Numbered from the stretch's first letter, positions 38,988-49,872 are shown. The stretch: 64,000 nt of DNA from Promethearchaeati archaeon SRVP18_Atabeyarchaeia-1 (GCA_037308085.1 CP147779.1:1888001-1952000), one strand, 5' to 3'. Made by a program: numbers and translations. The notes: generated by a model not told the origin, from the letters alone.

Positions 38988-40697
38988 TTGCAGTTCACGT
39001 TCGAAGCCGAGCTCGCCGCGCTATCAAGCGGCGACAGAAGCGGGCTCGATGACCTCATGGCGAGGTACTGCTCCGCGAAGAGGATAGCCTACAACAGGTT
39101 GCTGGAGGGGAGAAGCGTAAACGAGGTGACGCACCTGCTTCTTGGGTACGGCTCCCTCCACCTGAACTGGAGGTACGCGGAGCACTCAGCCCGGGACGCC
39201 CAGGCAGCGATCGAGAGCCAGAGGAACCTGCTGCCACTATACCTGGGCAGCGTGCAGGACAGAATATGGCGCGTCGAGGAGCTTATGGGGAAGGCGAAGT
39301 CGCTTGGCAAGAGGGTGAGACTCGGCAAGCTTCTCGCGAGGCTCAGGAAGAGGGCAGAGTTCTACCGGAAACATATCCACGATGGAACGGTACCGAAGAC
39401 GATCTTCGGGGGCAGGAGGAGCTTCACCGCCCTGGCAAGGGGTAGCATCAGCAGCCATGAGTGGAGGGAGGCGAGGAGCAACCAGGTCTACTCGATAGGC
39501 CAGGCGAACCAGAAGGGAAACGCCAACATGAGAATCGTGAAGGAGGGGAGAGCGTTAGCGGTCCGCTTCCCAGAGAATATGGATAGAGCAAGGACCGGAA
39601 AGGGTGGAAGAGTGTTCAGGGTGGCGAGCAGCGTCAAGGAGTTCCAGCTCATGGTTCCCAGCAAGTTCCTGGAGTACCTTGCGCCTTTCCAGGGTGGCGG
39701 GGCATATTCGGTTCGCTTCACGAGGCGCGGGGGAAGGTATTTCGCAGATGTGAGCTTCGAGGTTGAGCAGCCACCGCGACCGAAGGAAGCGCCGCTGAGG
39801 GTGTGCTCGGTGGACCAGAACCCAGGGGGATTCCCCGCCACAATCACCTCCCGGGACGGCAACCTGGTAGCCCACAGGTTCCTGAGGGAGGACAGGCTGA
39901 TATACGCCTCCCAGGGGAAGAGAGACTCGCTGGTCGGGGCGCTGGTGAGCAGCATAATGGAGTTCGCCGAGGACTGGGACACGCACTCATTCGCGATAGA
40001 GGACCTGGACCTGGAGACCCACAAGGATTTCGGGAGGAGGGTGAACAGGGTCGTGCACGCCTTCGTGAGGAGGAAGTTCACGGAGAACCTTCTGAGCAGG
40101 TGCTGGAAGAAGCGGTACCCGGTCTCCACCGTCAACCCGGCGTACACGTCGAAGCTCGGCGCCGCGAAGTACTCGTGGAGGCTCGGGTTATCGGTCCACG
40201 AGGCAGCCGCGTACGTGATTGAGAGAAGGTTCTACGGGTACGGTGAGAAGCTGGAGAAGCCATTACCCATTTCCTTCAGGAGAGGCAGGATGCCGAGGGT
40301 CAGGGTGCCCGTGCGTTACGTGTGGGCGTCCCTCTACGGCCGCGCTCACCCGGGGGACCCCTACAGGGCGCCACCTGGAAGGAAAGGCAGTAGGGGCTTG
40401 AAGCTGGGCGGGCCTGGTCGAGCCGACTTCACAGGTCACCCCGCTTGCAGAGAACGAGGACAGGGCACACCTCTGAAGGGTAATGATGGGGTGCGAAAGG
40501 GCGGGGAGCCCGGTGAGAATCCGGGGGCTACCGGCAATGGGGTTAAGCCGGCGCCTGGAAGACCGGGTGGGAAAGTAGCTGCTACGTCATCAAGTGTCAA
40601 TCGATACTTAATGATAGGCAGAAAACCAACCCTTAATGCGTCTGACACCCTCAACTGCGTTTGCCGCGTAGTCATCTGCTCCCATTGCCCTCGCTAG
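38988..40697 (+). mobile_element. IS200/IS605 TnpB-related RNA-guided nuclease-like protein (no Zn finger, His at RuvC-III); GC-rich 3' region is likely omegaRNA
   Basis: SVDQNP, FAIEDL, VNPAYTSKLG, SVHEAAAYVI; ORF tail overlaps the convergent corrinoid gene; element ends not resolved. Confidence 0.8.
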
Positions 40698-41243
40698 CTC
40701 CATGTTCAAAGGTGCCCCACCTACAATTATCTTAACCTTGTCGCGAAGGCCCGCGTCCCTGAGAGCTTTGTCGACAAGGGATATCTCCTTCACGCTCGTC
40801 GTGAGAAGGGCACTCAGGGCTACCAGCGTAGCGCCCGACTCTTTAACTGCTTGGACTATCCTTTCTCCATCGCAGTCCGTTCCCAGATCAACAATCCTGA
40901 ATCCAGTCGACATCAACATCGAAATCAGTATGTTCTTTCCAATGTCGTGGTTGTCTCCTTTCACAGTCGCGACAACGACTGTCCCGTTGCCTCCCGTCTC
41001 GCCTGACTTGATGTGCGGCGTTAGCGCGGCTATTGCTTCTTTCATCGCCTCGCCAGCCGAGATAAGTTCAACAAGGAAATACTCCATTTCCTCATATAGG
41101 CGCCCAACTTCATTCATGCCTTTTGAGAGGGCTGCCAAGATGTCCTGTGGATCTGCGCCCGCGTCAAGTTCTTTCTGAACAGCGCCACCAATTTGGTCAA
41201 CGTCTAGTTCAACGAGCATCTTGGTTATTGATTCCAGGGTCAC
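40608..41243 (-). CDS. Corrinoid (cobalamin-binding) methyltransferase protein, MtaC/MttC-like
   Basis: GMNEVGRLYE..EYFL, TVKGDNHDIGKNI, SALLTT, VGGAP; GTG start after AGGAGG. Confidence 0.92.
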   Translation of the reverse strand: MTLESITKMLVELDVDQIGGAVQKELDAGADPQDILAALSKGMNEVGRLYEEMEYFLVELISAGEAMKEAIAALTPHIKSGETGGNGTVVVATVKGDNHDIGKNILISMLMSTGFRIVDLGTDCDGERIVQAVKESGATLVALSALLTTSVKEISLVDKALRDAGLRDKVKIIVGGAPLNMELARAMGADDYAANAVEGVRRIKGWFSAYH

Positions 41244-41509
41244 GCTTTGCCTCCTCCTATGCTGTGGAGTGCTATAGAGTCTCTGCAATGCGCGCAGACA
41301 TTGTAGAGAAATGGCAAATCTTATTAACCTGCTGAAAGCTAACACAGCAAAATAGTTTCGTTTGAGCAACATGAACGAAAACTTGACAGGAGACAAAGAA
41401 GGTATAGTCAAAACTTATCTTTCAGACATCCGCATGCTACACCTCCAGATTCTAACAGTAGAGGTTTCATCTCTGACACAGATATCAGCACAAGAGAAGT
41501 GAAGCCATC

Positions 41510-44239
41510 ATGAAAGGCGCGAAACCATTCGGCTCAGGATACTTCGGTAAGTGGATTAAGGACGAATTCGATCTCCCGGCATATCAATACACCTGCAAGC
41601 AGATTAGCGATCCTAAAGCAGTCACCCTGATGAATGAAACTTGGCGCCTCAAAACGGATCACGTTCATCAAGTTGGGAATGACAGACTCGTCGCCGTAGC
41701 ATCAAACTACGGGCATGTACAGGTACGCCAAGACGAGGGCAGCCCCAAGTTTCTAAATGACTATGATGCAGAGCACATGCAATTTGCTGGAGGATTCGGT
41801 TACCTAACCGATGGAACGAAGGTTCTAAGCACTTTCTATTCGGGACGTGAAGAGAGATTCGACCGCATATTTGGAACAGGGTATTATAGGAAGACCGTAA
41901 AAGGGCACGACTTGATGGCAGACCAGATCATCTTCGCCCCGTTCGGCGACGATCCTCTGCTCATCTCCCAAGTTACAGTCAAGAACGAGCGGGATACGCC
42001 CGCTGATCTCAGATGGATTGAGTACTGGGGTTGTCAGATCTACCAGTTCTCTTACAAGTCAACGATGATGTCTTTGGCTACAAAACGACCCCCTATGGAG
42101 TCCCGCCGAAGGCTTGGCAGACGGTTCGAACACAACATCAGCGTGATTGAGAAGAATCACGGTCTGCTCGACGCGAAGCGTTTCAAGGGTTATGACCCGG
42201 GTGACGAGCAGGCTTGGAAACTTGTCAACCAGTACTTGGCTACCCCAGCTGGAAAAGCTCTCACGGGCGGAGCTGTCGAGTCTCCCGTTAGGGAAGCATC
42301 AATCGAGGATTTGTCTCCTCCGCCAGTCTTCCTTGTGTCCCTTGACGCGCCCTTCGATGGCTTCACCACTGATGCCTCGTCTTTCTTTGGAAAAGGCGGT
42401 GCACAGCACCCCGATGGACTGCAGAAGCCTCTCCTTGAGCGCTCTGTCGCACCTAATGCAGAGAAGGGATTGTTTATAGAACGTAAGCTGCCCTTGAATC
42501 CGGGACGAAGCAAGACGATGTACTTCGCTTTCGGCTATCAGCCCCAGGGAGTCGAGCTTCGACCTCTTCTGCTCAAGTACGAGCACGAGCTTCCAAACCT
42601 GCTCGCTCACTCGAGCGGACAATGGAAGGGCAACCTAGTCCAACTTGAACTGGATGATGAACCTTGGGTTAATCGCGAACTAACGTGGCACCATTATTAC
42701 CTTAGAAGCAACCTGACTTTTGACAGCTTCTTCAAAGAGCACATTCTGTCCCAAGGCCACGTCTACCAGTACATCATCGGGTTCCAGGGGGCTATGCGCG
42801 ATCCCCTACAGCATGCCCTACCATTCATCTACAGTGAGCCATGGATCGTAAAAACTATCATCAAATACACCCTGAAGACGGTGACGCCAGAAGGCAGAAT
42901 CCCGTACGGGATAGTCGGAAGCGGAATGTACATGCCCGCGCCATTTCGCCCCAGTGATCAGGAACTGTGGCTGCTCTGGCTCGCAAGTGAATACGTCCTA
43001 GCTACGCGAGACCTTGAGTTCCTAAAGGAGCAGATTGGAACCTATCCCTTGTACGGTCCAAAATCACAGCTAACACGAGTCGGAGACTTGTTGCGCCTCT
43101 GCTACCGACACTTGGTGGAGCACATTGGGACCGGAAAACATGGTTTGCTGCACCTAAGTAATGGTGACTGGAACGACGCCGTAGTCGCAGGCTATGTCCC
43201 ACAGAAGCAGCGCGACGCCGTCTCACAGGCTGGAGGAGAGGCGCTGGACTTCAAGGCGAGCTACAGCCAAGTTGGAGAAAGCGTGTTGAACGCGGCAATG
43301 GCAGGATACGTCCTAGATATCTACGCTAGACTACTGAGCTACGCTGGAGACAAAGAATTGGCCGCAGATGCAAGGAAGCGCGCTCAAGGTCAGCGCGAAG
43401 CCGTTCGCTCTCAGTGGACTGGGAAGTGGTTCAGGCGAGCATGGCTCACAGAAGAAATTGAGTGGATTGGCGTGGACGAAATGTGGCTTGAGCCTCAGCC
43501 CTGGTCCATCATCAGCGGGGCAGCTGACCCAAACCAAGCAAAAACCCTTCAACAGTCAATTCATGACAGTGTTCGGAAACCGTCAAAACTAGGAGCGACA
43601 ATACTCAGTAAGCCTACTAAAGCGATGGCGGGAGCTCCAGGAACTGGAACAAATGCAGGTATATGGCCCTCGATTAATGGTGTCCTCGTATGGGCGTTAT
43701 CACTCACAGACCCTCAGCAGGCGTGGGACGAATGGAAGAAGAACACACTTGCAATGCATGCCGAAGCGTACCCTGATGTGTGGTACGGCATCTGGAGCGG
43801 ACCAGACGTGTACAACTCCGAACACTCGAAGGCCCCAGGCCAAGTCGATGTGGAGCTTCTGGGCGTGAAATGGACTGACTTCCCCGTGATGAACATGCAC
43901 CCACATGCATGGCCACTCTACTCGATCACAAAGTTCGTGGGAGCGGAGTTCACGGAGCGCGGTGTCGATCTCTCGCCTGTCATTCCGAAAGACAAATTCA
44001 GATTCTCCTCCCCTCTTCTCGACTTCGAGAAAACGAAAGAGGGTTACTCGGGCAAGTATGCACCTAAGGCGGCAGGCAAATGGAGAATAGCTCTCCGACT
44101 CGACCAGAAGGAACTCCAGCGCATCTCTGTGGTGGAGATCAACGGCAGAAGTGAAAAGCCTGTTCGTGAGGCCGACCGAATCATCCTCCAAGGGGATAGT
44201 ACATCTGACAAGCCGCTAAGGTGGGTTCTGAAGTATTGA
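41510..44239 (+). CDS. GH94-like glycoside phosphorylase/hydrolase
   Basis: QGAMRDPLQH, GKHGLLHLSNGDWND, GESV, GIWPSIN. Confidence 0.8.
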   Translation: MKGAKPFGSGYFGKWIKDEFDLPAYQYTCKQISDPKAVTLMNETWRLKTDHVHQVGNDRLVAVASNYGHVQVRQDEGSPKFLNDYDAEHMQFAGGFGYLTDGTKVLSTFYSGREERFDRIFGTGYYRKTVKGHDLMADQIIFAPFGDDPLLISQVTVKNERDTPADLRWIEYWGCQIYQFSYKSTMMSLATKRPPMESRRRLGRRFEHNISVIEKNHGLLDAKRFKGYDPGDEQAWKLVNQYLATPAGKALTGGAVESPVREASIEDLSPPPVFLVSLDAPFDGFTTDASSFFGKGGAQHPDGLQKPLLERSVAPNAEKGLFIERKLPLNPGRSKTMYFAFGYQPQGVELRPLLLKYEHELPNLLAHSSGQWKGNLVQLELDDEPWVNRELTWHHYYLRSNLTFDSFFKEHILSQGHVYQYIIGFQGAMRDPLQHALPFIYSEPWIVKTIIKYTLKTVTPEGRIPYGIVGSGMYMPAPFRPSDQELWLLWLASEYVLATRDLEFLKEQIGTYPLYGPKSQLTRVGDLLRLCYRHLVEHIGTGKHGLLHLSNGDWNDAVVAGYVPQKQRDAVSQAGGEALDFKASYSQVGESVLNAAMAGYVLDIYARLLSYAGDKELAADARKRAQGQREAVRSQWTGKWFRRAWLTEEIEWIGVDEMWLEPQPWSIISGAADPNQAKTLQQSIHDSVRKPSKLGATILSKPTKAMAGAPGTGTNAGIWPSINGVLVWALSLTDPQQAWDEWKKNTLAMHAEAYPDVWYGIWSGPDVYNSEHSKAPGQVDVELLGVKWTDFPVMNMHPHAWPLYSITKFVGAEFTERGVDLSPVIPKDKFRFSSPLLDFEKTKEGYSGKYAPKAAGKWRIALRLDQKELQRISVVEINGRSEKPVREADRIILQGDSTSDKPLRWVLKY

Positions 44240-45279
44240 ATTCGCGGGATCTCACACTATCGGCTATTGAAGGGACGCCTGAGAAGGTCCCGTTCAATCC
44301 CTTCATAATGCATCTTGCGGCAACAATTGAAGGGATCAACTACAGTCAAGTCTACTGTCGCGATGCCGAAGCACTTGTAGAGGCGCACATGAGCTGTGCG
44401 AAAACCTTTGGGATCGACCATGTCAACGTCTCCACAGACGCCTACAGGGAAGCCAGTGCCTGGGGTGTCGAGGTCGATTTCTCTGGTCATACTCCAGTCC
44501 CTTCAAAAACCCTTAGGTTTGAAAGCTTCGACTCGCTGGAAACGCCTGACCTCAGCGTTAACGAACGAGTCCAGAACCGCGTCCAGGCTGTGAAACTGCT
44601 CAACATCAAAGTGGGTCGCGAGCAGTGTATCGTCGGATGGATAGAAGCACCATTCGCGGAGATCTGCTGCCTCTTCGGGCTAATGGAGGTACTTAAGCTC
44701 GGATGGAAACCAGATTGGAAGAATTGGGTAAAAGCGCTGATGGAGCGGGTCTTGCCGGTTCAGCTTGAGTTCGCCAAGATGCAGATCGAAGCAGGCGCAG
44801 ACATCATTGGGGCGGGCGACTCCGCCGTCTCCCAAATAGGTCCCAAGAGATACGAGGAGGCTTGCCTTGAGAAGACCCAAGAGCTCTTCAGGTCAATCGG
44901 AAGGCAGGTGCCCGTCTTGTACCACGTCTGCGGCGATACCTCTGCTCTGGATAAGGAGGGACGCGACATGCTGAAGCTCCTCTCAAGATCTGGGGCCTCC
45001 ATCTTGGATATCGATTATCAAGTCAATATGGCTGTAGCGAAGAGCAAGATTGGCAACCAGATATGTCTTCGAGGAAACACTAACACCAGCCTCCTCGGAA
45101 ACCGCCTATACGGGTCCGAGGATGTCGCCCGTGAAGTCACCCAGACAATTGAAGCGGGGAAGCCAGACGGCAGGTACATGTTTGGAGCTGGGTGCGAATG
45201 GCCCTGGGAGCCACTCGACGTGGCAGCAAGAAACCTAGGCATCGCAAAGACGCTCAACGATAGGCTGGGGGTCTACTGA
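44221..45279 (+). CDS. Uroporphyrinogen decarboxylase family protein (MtaA/CmuA-like)
   Basis: EASAWG, GWIEAPF, QIEAGADII, YHVCG, GAGCE. Confidence 0.88.
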   Translation: MGSEVLNSRDLTLSAIEGTPEKVPFNPFIMHLAATIEGINYSQVYCRDAEALVEAHMSCAKTFGIDHVNVSTDAYREASAWGVEVDFSGHTPVPSKTLRFESFDSLETPDLSVNERVQNRVQAVKLLNIKVGREQCIVGWIEAPFAEICCLFGLMEVLKLGWKPDWKNWVKALMERVLPVQLEFAKMQIEAGADIIGAGDSAVSQIGPKRYEEACLEKTQELFRSIGRQVPVLYHVCGDTSALDKEGRDMLKLLSRSGASILDIDYQVNMAVAKSKIGNQICLRGNTNTSLLGNRLYGSEDVAREVTQTIEAGKPDGRYMFGAGCEWPWEPLDVAARNLGIAKTLNDRLGVY

Positions 45280-46455
45280 ATGAATCCGAGACAGAGGGTT
45301 ATAGCGGCACTGAACCATGAAGAACCAGACATGGTTCCGATCGACCTCGGCGGAAACCAGTCCGGCATTCACATGAAAGCCTACAAGAATCTACTCAACT
45401 ACCTCGATATTGAGGACAACGACATTAGGTATAGTGACTTCATCCAGCAACTCGCATATCCATGCGAAGAGTTACTGCAACGCCTCGACGTGGACATAAG
45501 GTGGCTGCGGACACCATCATCACTCATCCCCGAGCGCTTCACACCACAAGCAGAGGGAAAGTACCAAGGGGTATTCGATCAGTTTGGAGTATTCTGGGGT
45601 GACAGCGCTGAAAAAGACGTTGAAGATATTCTATTCTATGACCCATGCATCCATCCACTGAGCGACGCAACCACCGTCCAAGAGATAGTGCAGTACGACT
45701 GGCCAGACGGGACTGACAAGTCGCCGCTCGATGGACTCCGCGAAAATGCTAAGAAGCTAAGGGAAACCACCAAGTATGCTATCGCCGCACCTCCCCTGGG
45801 ATGCATCTACGAATACACGACCTTTCTCTTTGGCTTCGAGAAAGCCCTTCGGTTCCTGCGAATGAGGCCAGAGCTCATCGTCGCAGCAATGGAGGAGCTT
45901 GAGAGATACTGGACCGACTACGCCACAACATACCTGAATGAAGTAAAGTTTGGAGACGAGCATTACGTCGACATAGTCGCCGTCAACGGAGACCTAGCTG
46001 CGCAGACTGGCCCAATCATGAATGTGGACAACATCTACTCGCGAATCATCAAGCCAATAGAACGCAGGTTCGCGAAGAAGATACACGAGCTCGCCCAGGT
46101 CAAAGTCAACTACCATTGCTGTGGATCAGTAGCGCGTTTCATCCCCCACTTCGCCGAGATCGGATATGACGCAGTGAACCCGGTACAGGTTGCAGCATAT
46201 GATATGGAACCATGCAGTCTGAAGGAGCGTTTCGGGAAGATTATCTCGTTCTGGGGTGGATTGTGCGACACACAACATACACTCCCCTTCGGCTCCCCCG
46301 AGCAGGTCCGCAGCGAAGTACTCCACAACATGGCGTGCTTGAGGCCGGGCGGAGGATACGTCGCGTCGAACATCCACAACGTAACCGCAGAGGTGCCACC
46401 CCTGAACGTGGTCGCAATGTTTGACGCCAGCAGGGAATTCAGGCGCCACCAGTGA
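45280..46455 (+). CDS. Uroporphyrinogen decarboxylase family protein
   Basis: ALNHEEPDMVPIDLGG, YHCCGS, NPVQ, FWGG..DTQ..LPFG, HNV. Confidence 0.9.
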   Translation: MNPRQRVIAALNHEEPDMVPIDLGGNQSGIHMKAYKNLLNYLDIEDNDIRYSDFIQQLAYPCEELLQRLDVDIRWLRTPSSLIPERFTPQAEGKYQGVFDQFGVFWGDSAEKDVEDILFYDPCIHPLSDATTVQEIVQYDWPDGTDKSPLDGLRENAKKLRETTKYAIAAPPLGCIYEYTTFLFGFEKALRFLRMRPELIVAAMEELERYWTDYATTYLNEVKFGDEHYVDIVAVNGDLAAQTGPIMNVDNIYSRIIKPIERRFAKKIHELAQVKVNYHCCGSVARFIPHFAEIGYDAVNPVQVAAYDMEPCSLKERFGKIISFWGGLCDTQHTLPFGSPEQVRSEVLHNMACLRPGGGYVASNIHNVTAEVPPLNVVAMFDASREFRRHQ

Positions 46456-46534
46456 GCGAGGTCTACGTCGCCTCGGAGGACCTTCTTTCTTCAGATGCAC
46501 TGATGCGTCGGTCAGCCCGTCAAGGAGAACCAAG

Positions 46535-48709
46535 CTAAGGAGATACCTCGACCCAGATCGGCCCTGCGTAGGCAATTCGCCCGTTAGCTCCGACGACGCG
46601 TATCAAGTAGAAATCCGCCCCACCTGTATTCAGCTTGCTCGGATCTATTGGGTTATCGCTGTAGATGTTTATGTAGTATTTTCCGTCTATCTGGACGCAG
46701 TTCTGTACCCCGTACGATGTGCCTGCTACTGGCGCAGTGTCGATTAGTGTTATGTTCGCCACTGGGGTACTTATCGGGATGCGCGCTGTAAGGTTGCCGT
46801 TCTTGAAGACTTCTATGTTGGCGTTCCAGTCTGGAGTCCAGTTGGGCGTAACGTGTGCTGCCCCCGGGCGCTTGTTTGCGGCAGGTGCGCCGTCCTGCGC
46901 AACAACAATCGTTATCTCTCGTGCGGTGGAGGCGCTTGTCACCTTGAGGGTGGAACCGTCTCCTACTCGCGTGCCGTTGATGGTGAAGTCGATGAACGGT
47001 CGCCCGTAGTCCGACGACGCGAAGATTCTCTGGTTCTCCAAGCCATCGAAGACCGAATTCCGGGTGAGGTTGATCGCGTAGACTGCCGTGATCCCGCTTG
47101 GGTAGGGCATGGAGATCCGGTTGGGCCAAGTTGTCCAGGGTCGCTGGTGCCCTATGTAGGCATCTGTGTGAGCCAGCGAGTGTCCTGGGTGCCCGTCGTG
47201 GTTGTCGCCTGAAGCGTATAACGTCATCCTGTAGCCCATCTTGAATGCATCCATGATGCACGTTCCAGGTGTATACAGGGGCGGCGGATCTCCACAGGGG
47301 TTGTAGTCGAGGGGATCGCGTTGCTCGAAAAGGGACTCACCATGGACTGACGTGACCTCGGCGATCTTCACGTACTTCGGGTTGATGTACGTCCAGTCCT
47401 GTATGTAGCCCAACTTCGTGGTGTGGTGGGGTAGCGCCAGTGCGCGACACCCGGTTGAGTTTGTGAAGGCGTCGAGGAGACTCCACAGCCCTTGGGTCGT
47501 GGGGATCGTCATATACGAGATGATGGGATTATCGGGTAGACTGTCCCCGCTGAAGATGCATGTATAGTGGCCCGTGCTCGTCTGAGTCCACTCGACTCCC
47601 TGAAGTGCAACGAAGCTTCCAGGGTCGTATGCGGCGTTGGTGGCCCCCTCCGAGTGAGCCAAGGCACCAAGCTCAAACTGCATAGTTTCTCCGTGATCCG
47701 TCAACGCGCAGTAGTCTAGGCAAGCCACATACCTCGCGTAATAGTAATGGTGCTCGGGTGATCCTGTTCCATCGGAGAGCCCCGAGTGACCGTGGAAATC
47801 CCCCCAATAGATCTTGGGATCCACGCTTGAGAAGCTTCCAACTATGATGGGGTTGCTCCAGTAGGTGTTCATGGTGACTGTGTCATTAACCAGAATGTAG
47901 TGGACGCCCGGGGTGTCTATCTTAGCTGTGAAAACGTGGAGTCCGTTGTCTCTGCCATCACGAATATCATAAGCCATGTCGTTGCCGTATGCCTGCCCGC
48001 TGAAGGTGTATGTTTCCGGGAGGCTGGCGCCTACCGATGGGAGTGGACTAAATGTCGTCAGATTATACGACTTGATGGAGAAAGCTACGGTGCCCGCGTA
48101 GACTGCGCTTAGCCTCTCGTAGGGATCCCACGCCTCAACACTCAAGGGAAAACTGGTGCCGGCGTTTACGGTTGTGGGCGCGTGAACCCAGAGCAGGCGG
48201 GGGTTGTTGTCAAACATGACTCCAAGGTTAATGCTTGCACTCCACCAGAGCGCTGTCGGCACCAGGACTATGGTCAGAACGGCTGCAACCTTGGCGTACT
48301 TGGGCATCTTCCTGGCAATCCCGTTCACCCTATCCGTTATGCTTGGCTTCTGCAGGCTTCGCCTCTGCCAGAGCCTCCAAGAGCCAAAAAGCACAATGTA
48401 GACGATTAGCGTGCTCGGCCCCATTATCATTGACAGCAGGTTGGCCGAGATATTCGAGCCGACTGCGGGGTCGCTGAAGACGTTAATGATTACTGTGGTG
48501 ATACCGGCGGTCCACGCCAAAACAACTCCGCTGAGCCTCCACGTGGGATTCCTGAAGAGAAGAAAATAGGATGCACCTATTGCCAGGCCGATGTAGCTCT
48601 GAAAGAAGAAGGTCGTCGTGTAGAACCCGTATACAAGGATAACCAAGCGAACAAGAAACAACACTCTGCGTCTTGGGTCCCGCTTGGTTGCCTTTGGCTT
48701 GGACGGCAA
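46535..48709 (-). CDS. Membrane-anchored PHP-like metallohydrolase (DUF3604/CehA-McbA type)
   Basis: N-terminal TM helices; YWGDFHGHSGLSDG, ALTDH, EWT..GH, PHH, GDNHDGHPG. Confidence 0.85.
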   Translation of the reverse strand: MPSKPKATKRDPRRRVLFLVRLVILVYGFYTTTFFFQSYIGLAIGASYFLLFRNPTWRLSGVVLAWTAGITTVIINVFSDPAVGSNISANLLSMIMGPSTLIVYIVLFGSWRLWQRRSLQKPSITDRVNGIARKMPKYAKVAAVLTIVLVPTALWWSASINLGVMFDNNPRLLWVHAPTTVNAGTSFPLSVEAWDPYERLSAVYAGTVAFSIKSYNLTTFSPLPSVGASLPETYTFSGQAYGNDMAYDIRDGRDNGLHVFTAKIDTPGVHYILVNDTVTMNTYWSNPIIVGSFSSVDPKIYWGDFHGHSGLSDGTGSPEHHYYYARYVACLDYCALTDHGETMQFELGALAHSEGATNAAYDPGSFVALQGVEWTQTSTGHYTCIFSGDSLPDNPIISYMTIPTTQGLWSLLDAFTNSTGCRALALPHHTTKLGYIQDWTYINPKYVKIAEVTSVHGESLFEQRDPLDYNPCGDPPPLYTPGTCIMDAFKMGYRMTLYASGDNHDGHPGHSLAHTDAYIGHQRPWTTWPNRISMPYPSGITAVYAINLTRNSVFDGLENQRIFASSDYGRPFIDFTINGTRVGDGSTLKVTSASTAREITIVVAQDGAPAANKRPGAAHVTPNWTPDWNANIEVFKNGNLTARIPISTPVANITLIDTAPVAGTSYGVQNCVQIDGKYYINIYSDNPIDPSKLNTGGADFYLIRVVGANGRIAYAGPIWVEVSP

Positions 48710-48786
48710 TGCCTACAGTCCTCCGAGGCTCGGCTCGGTCTCAAATCGAGCTTGATTTCTCCTTGTTACTATCTCTTAACCTTTTC

Positions 48787-48886
48787 GTCAGTTACCCGCC
48801 GCTTAAGCTTGTGGGCTTGCAACTCGGGGTTGTCTGGCGCGGCCTTTCAAACCCTTCACCTTGCCAAACGCGCCTACTGACGGAGG
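48787..48886 (-). mobile_element. Orphan 100-bp right-end/omegaRNA fragment of the tnpB element at 60236-61581
   Basis: Reverse complement matches 61482-61581 with 2 mismatches and ends in ACTGAC. Confidence 0.9.
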
Positions 48887-49069
48887 GATTCGAGCATTGT
48901 GATCGAGTCAGGGAAGGAGGGCTTTGAGATTGAAGGGCAATAAGTCTATCCTCAAAGTCGAGGGTCTTTGGCAATCCTATGGTAGATGTAATAGTTCACA
49001 GGAATGCATTCCTAGAAAGCGTTATTAAGTGGTGTAAGTGGATGTGTCACGGCATGTTGTTAAGCGTGA

Positions 49070-49492
49070 GTGGGTGTGGCATCGAAGATGGGAAAGAAGA
49101 GTGTGGTGGAAAAGTATGGGGAAATGCAAAGGCGCCGCGGCAGATGGAGGATGCATGTTGCGAGGAGGCTTGCAACAATAACTGCGCTGGTGATCGGCAC
49201 ACTGTTCATTGAATTGCTTATACTAGGCTTCTCGACGGACAAGGCATTGTGGCAGAACGCTCTCGTCTGGGGTGGAATGCTCTGGATAGGTATCGGGGCG
49301 CTTGTCGGAGGAGGTTTTGCCGATACGACAATGGTTGGGAGGATGAATCCAGCCGCCTCTCCAATTACTGGGGAGGCGCTGGCTCGTGACAGGTTGAATG
49401 AACGCGACAAACAATTAAGTGCTATGCTGACGATGATGGCGGTTGGCGCGGTTCTGTTACTGCTGGGCATAATCCTAGGCTTTGTACTCTGA
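49070..49492 (+). CDS. Small 3-TM membrane protein
   Basis: Three hydrophobic segments. Confidence 0.65.
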   Translation: MGVASKMGKKSVVEKYGEMQRRRGRWRMHVARRLATITALVIGTLFIELLILGFSTDKALWQNALVWGGMLWIGIGALVGGGFADTTMVGRMNPAASPITGEALARDRLNERDKQLSAMLTMMAVGAVLLLLGIILGFVL

Positions 49493-49872
49493 GCTACCTT
49501 CAACTTGCTGCCGATAGATGCCTAAGCTTACGCATGACTCTAGGTGAACAGCATTTTCCTGTTTTTCACTATGCACTCCGAAAATGCTACTGTGGCTTGA
49601 AGAGGTGTCGGTGCGTCTTGTAGAATCCTTGCGTGCGTCTGTAGATTATTGCCTATTTACTGAGCTGAGTTCCAAACTCGCTCGAAGGATTTGCTCTACA
49701 AAGGCGGTTTCCTATTCTGCCAAGGGTGCATTTTTCGTGAGCTCTCCATGCTCTGAGAACGCCTAAGCCATCGTGGTGGTTTCCGATAATCTGGAGCCCA
49801 ATGGGGAGACCCTTTGATGTGAAGCCGATTGGTATAGAGGCGGCTGGCTGCCCAGTGAGGTTGAATGGGTAG

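Noticed and set aside
40500-40540. Cobalamin riboswitch controlling the corrinoid gene
   Set aside because: Wrong strand and at the 3' end of that gene, inside the TnpB-related element; no B12 box seen
48792-48974. 60-aa ORF sharing its C-terminus with TnpB
   Set aside because: A by-product of the orphan right-end fragment; its N-terminal half is unrelated sequence
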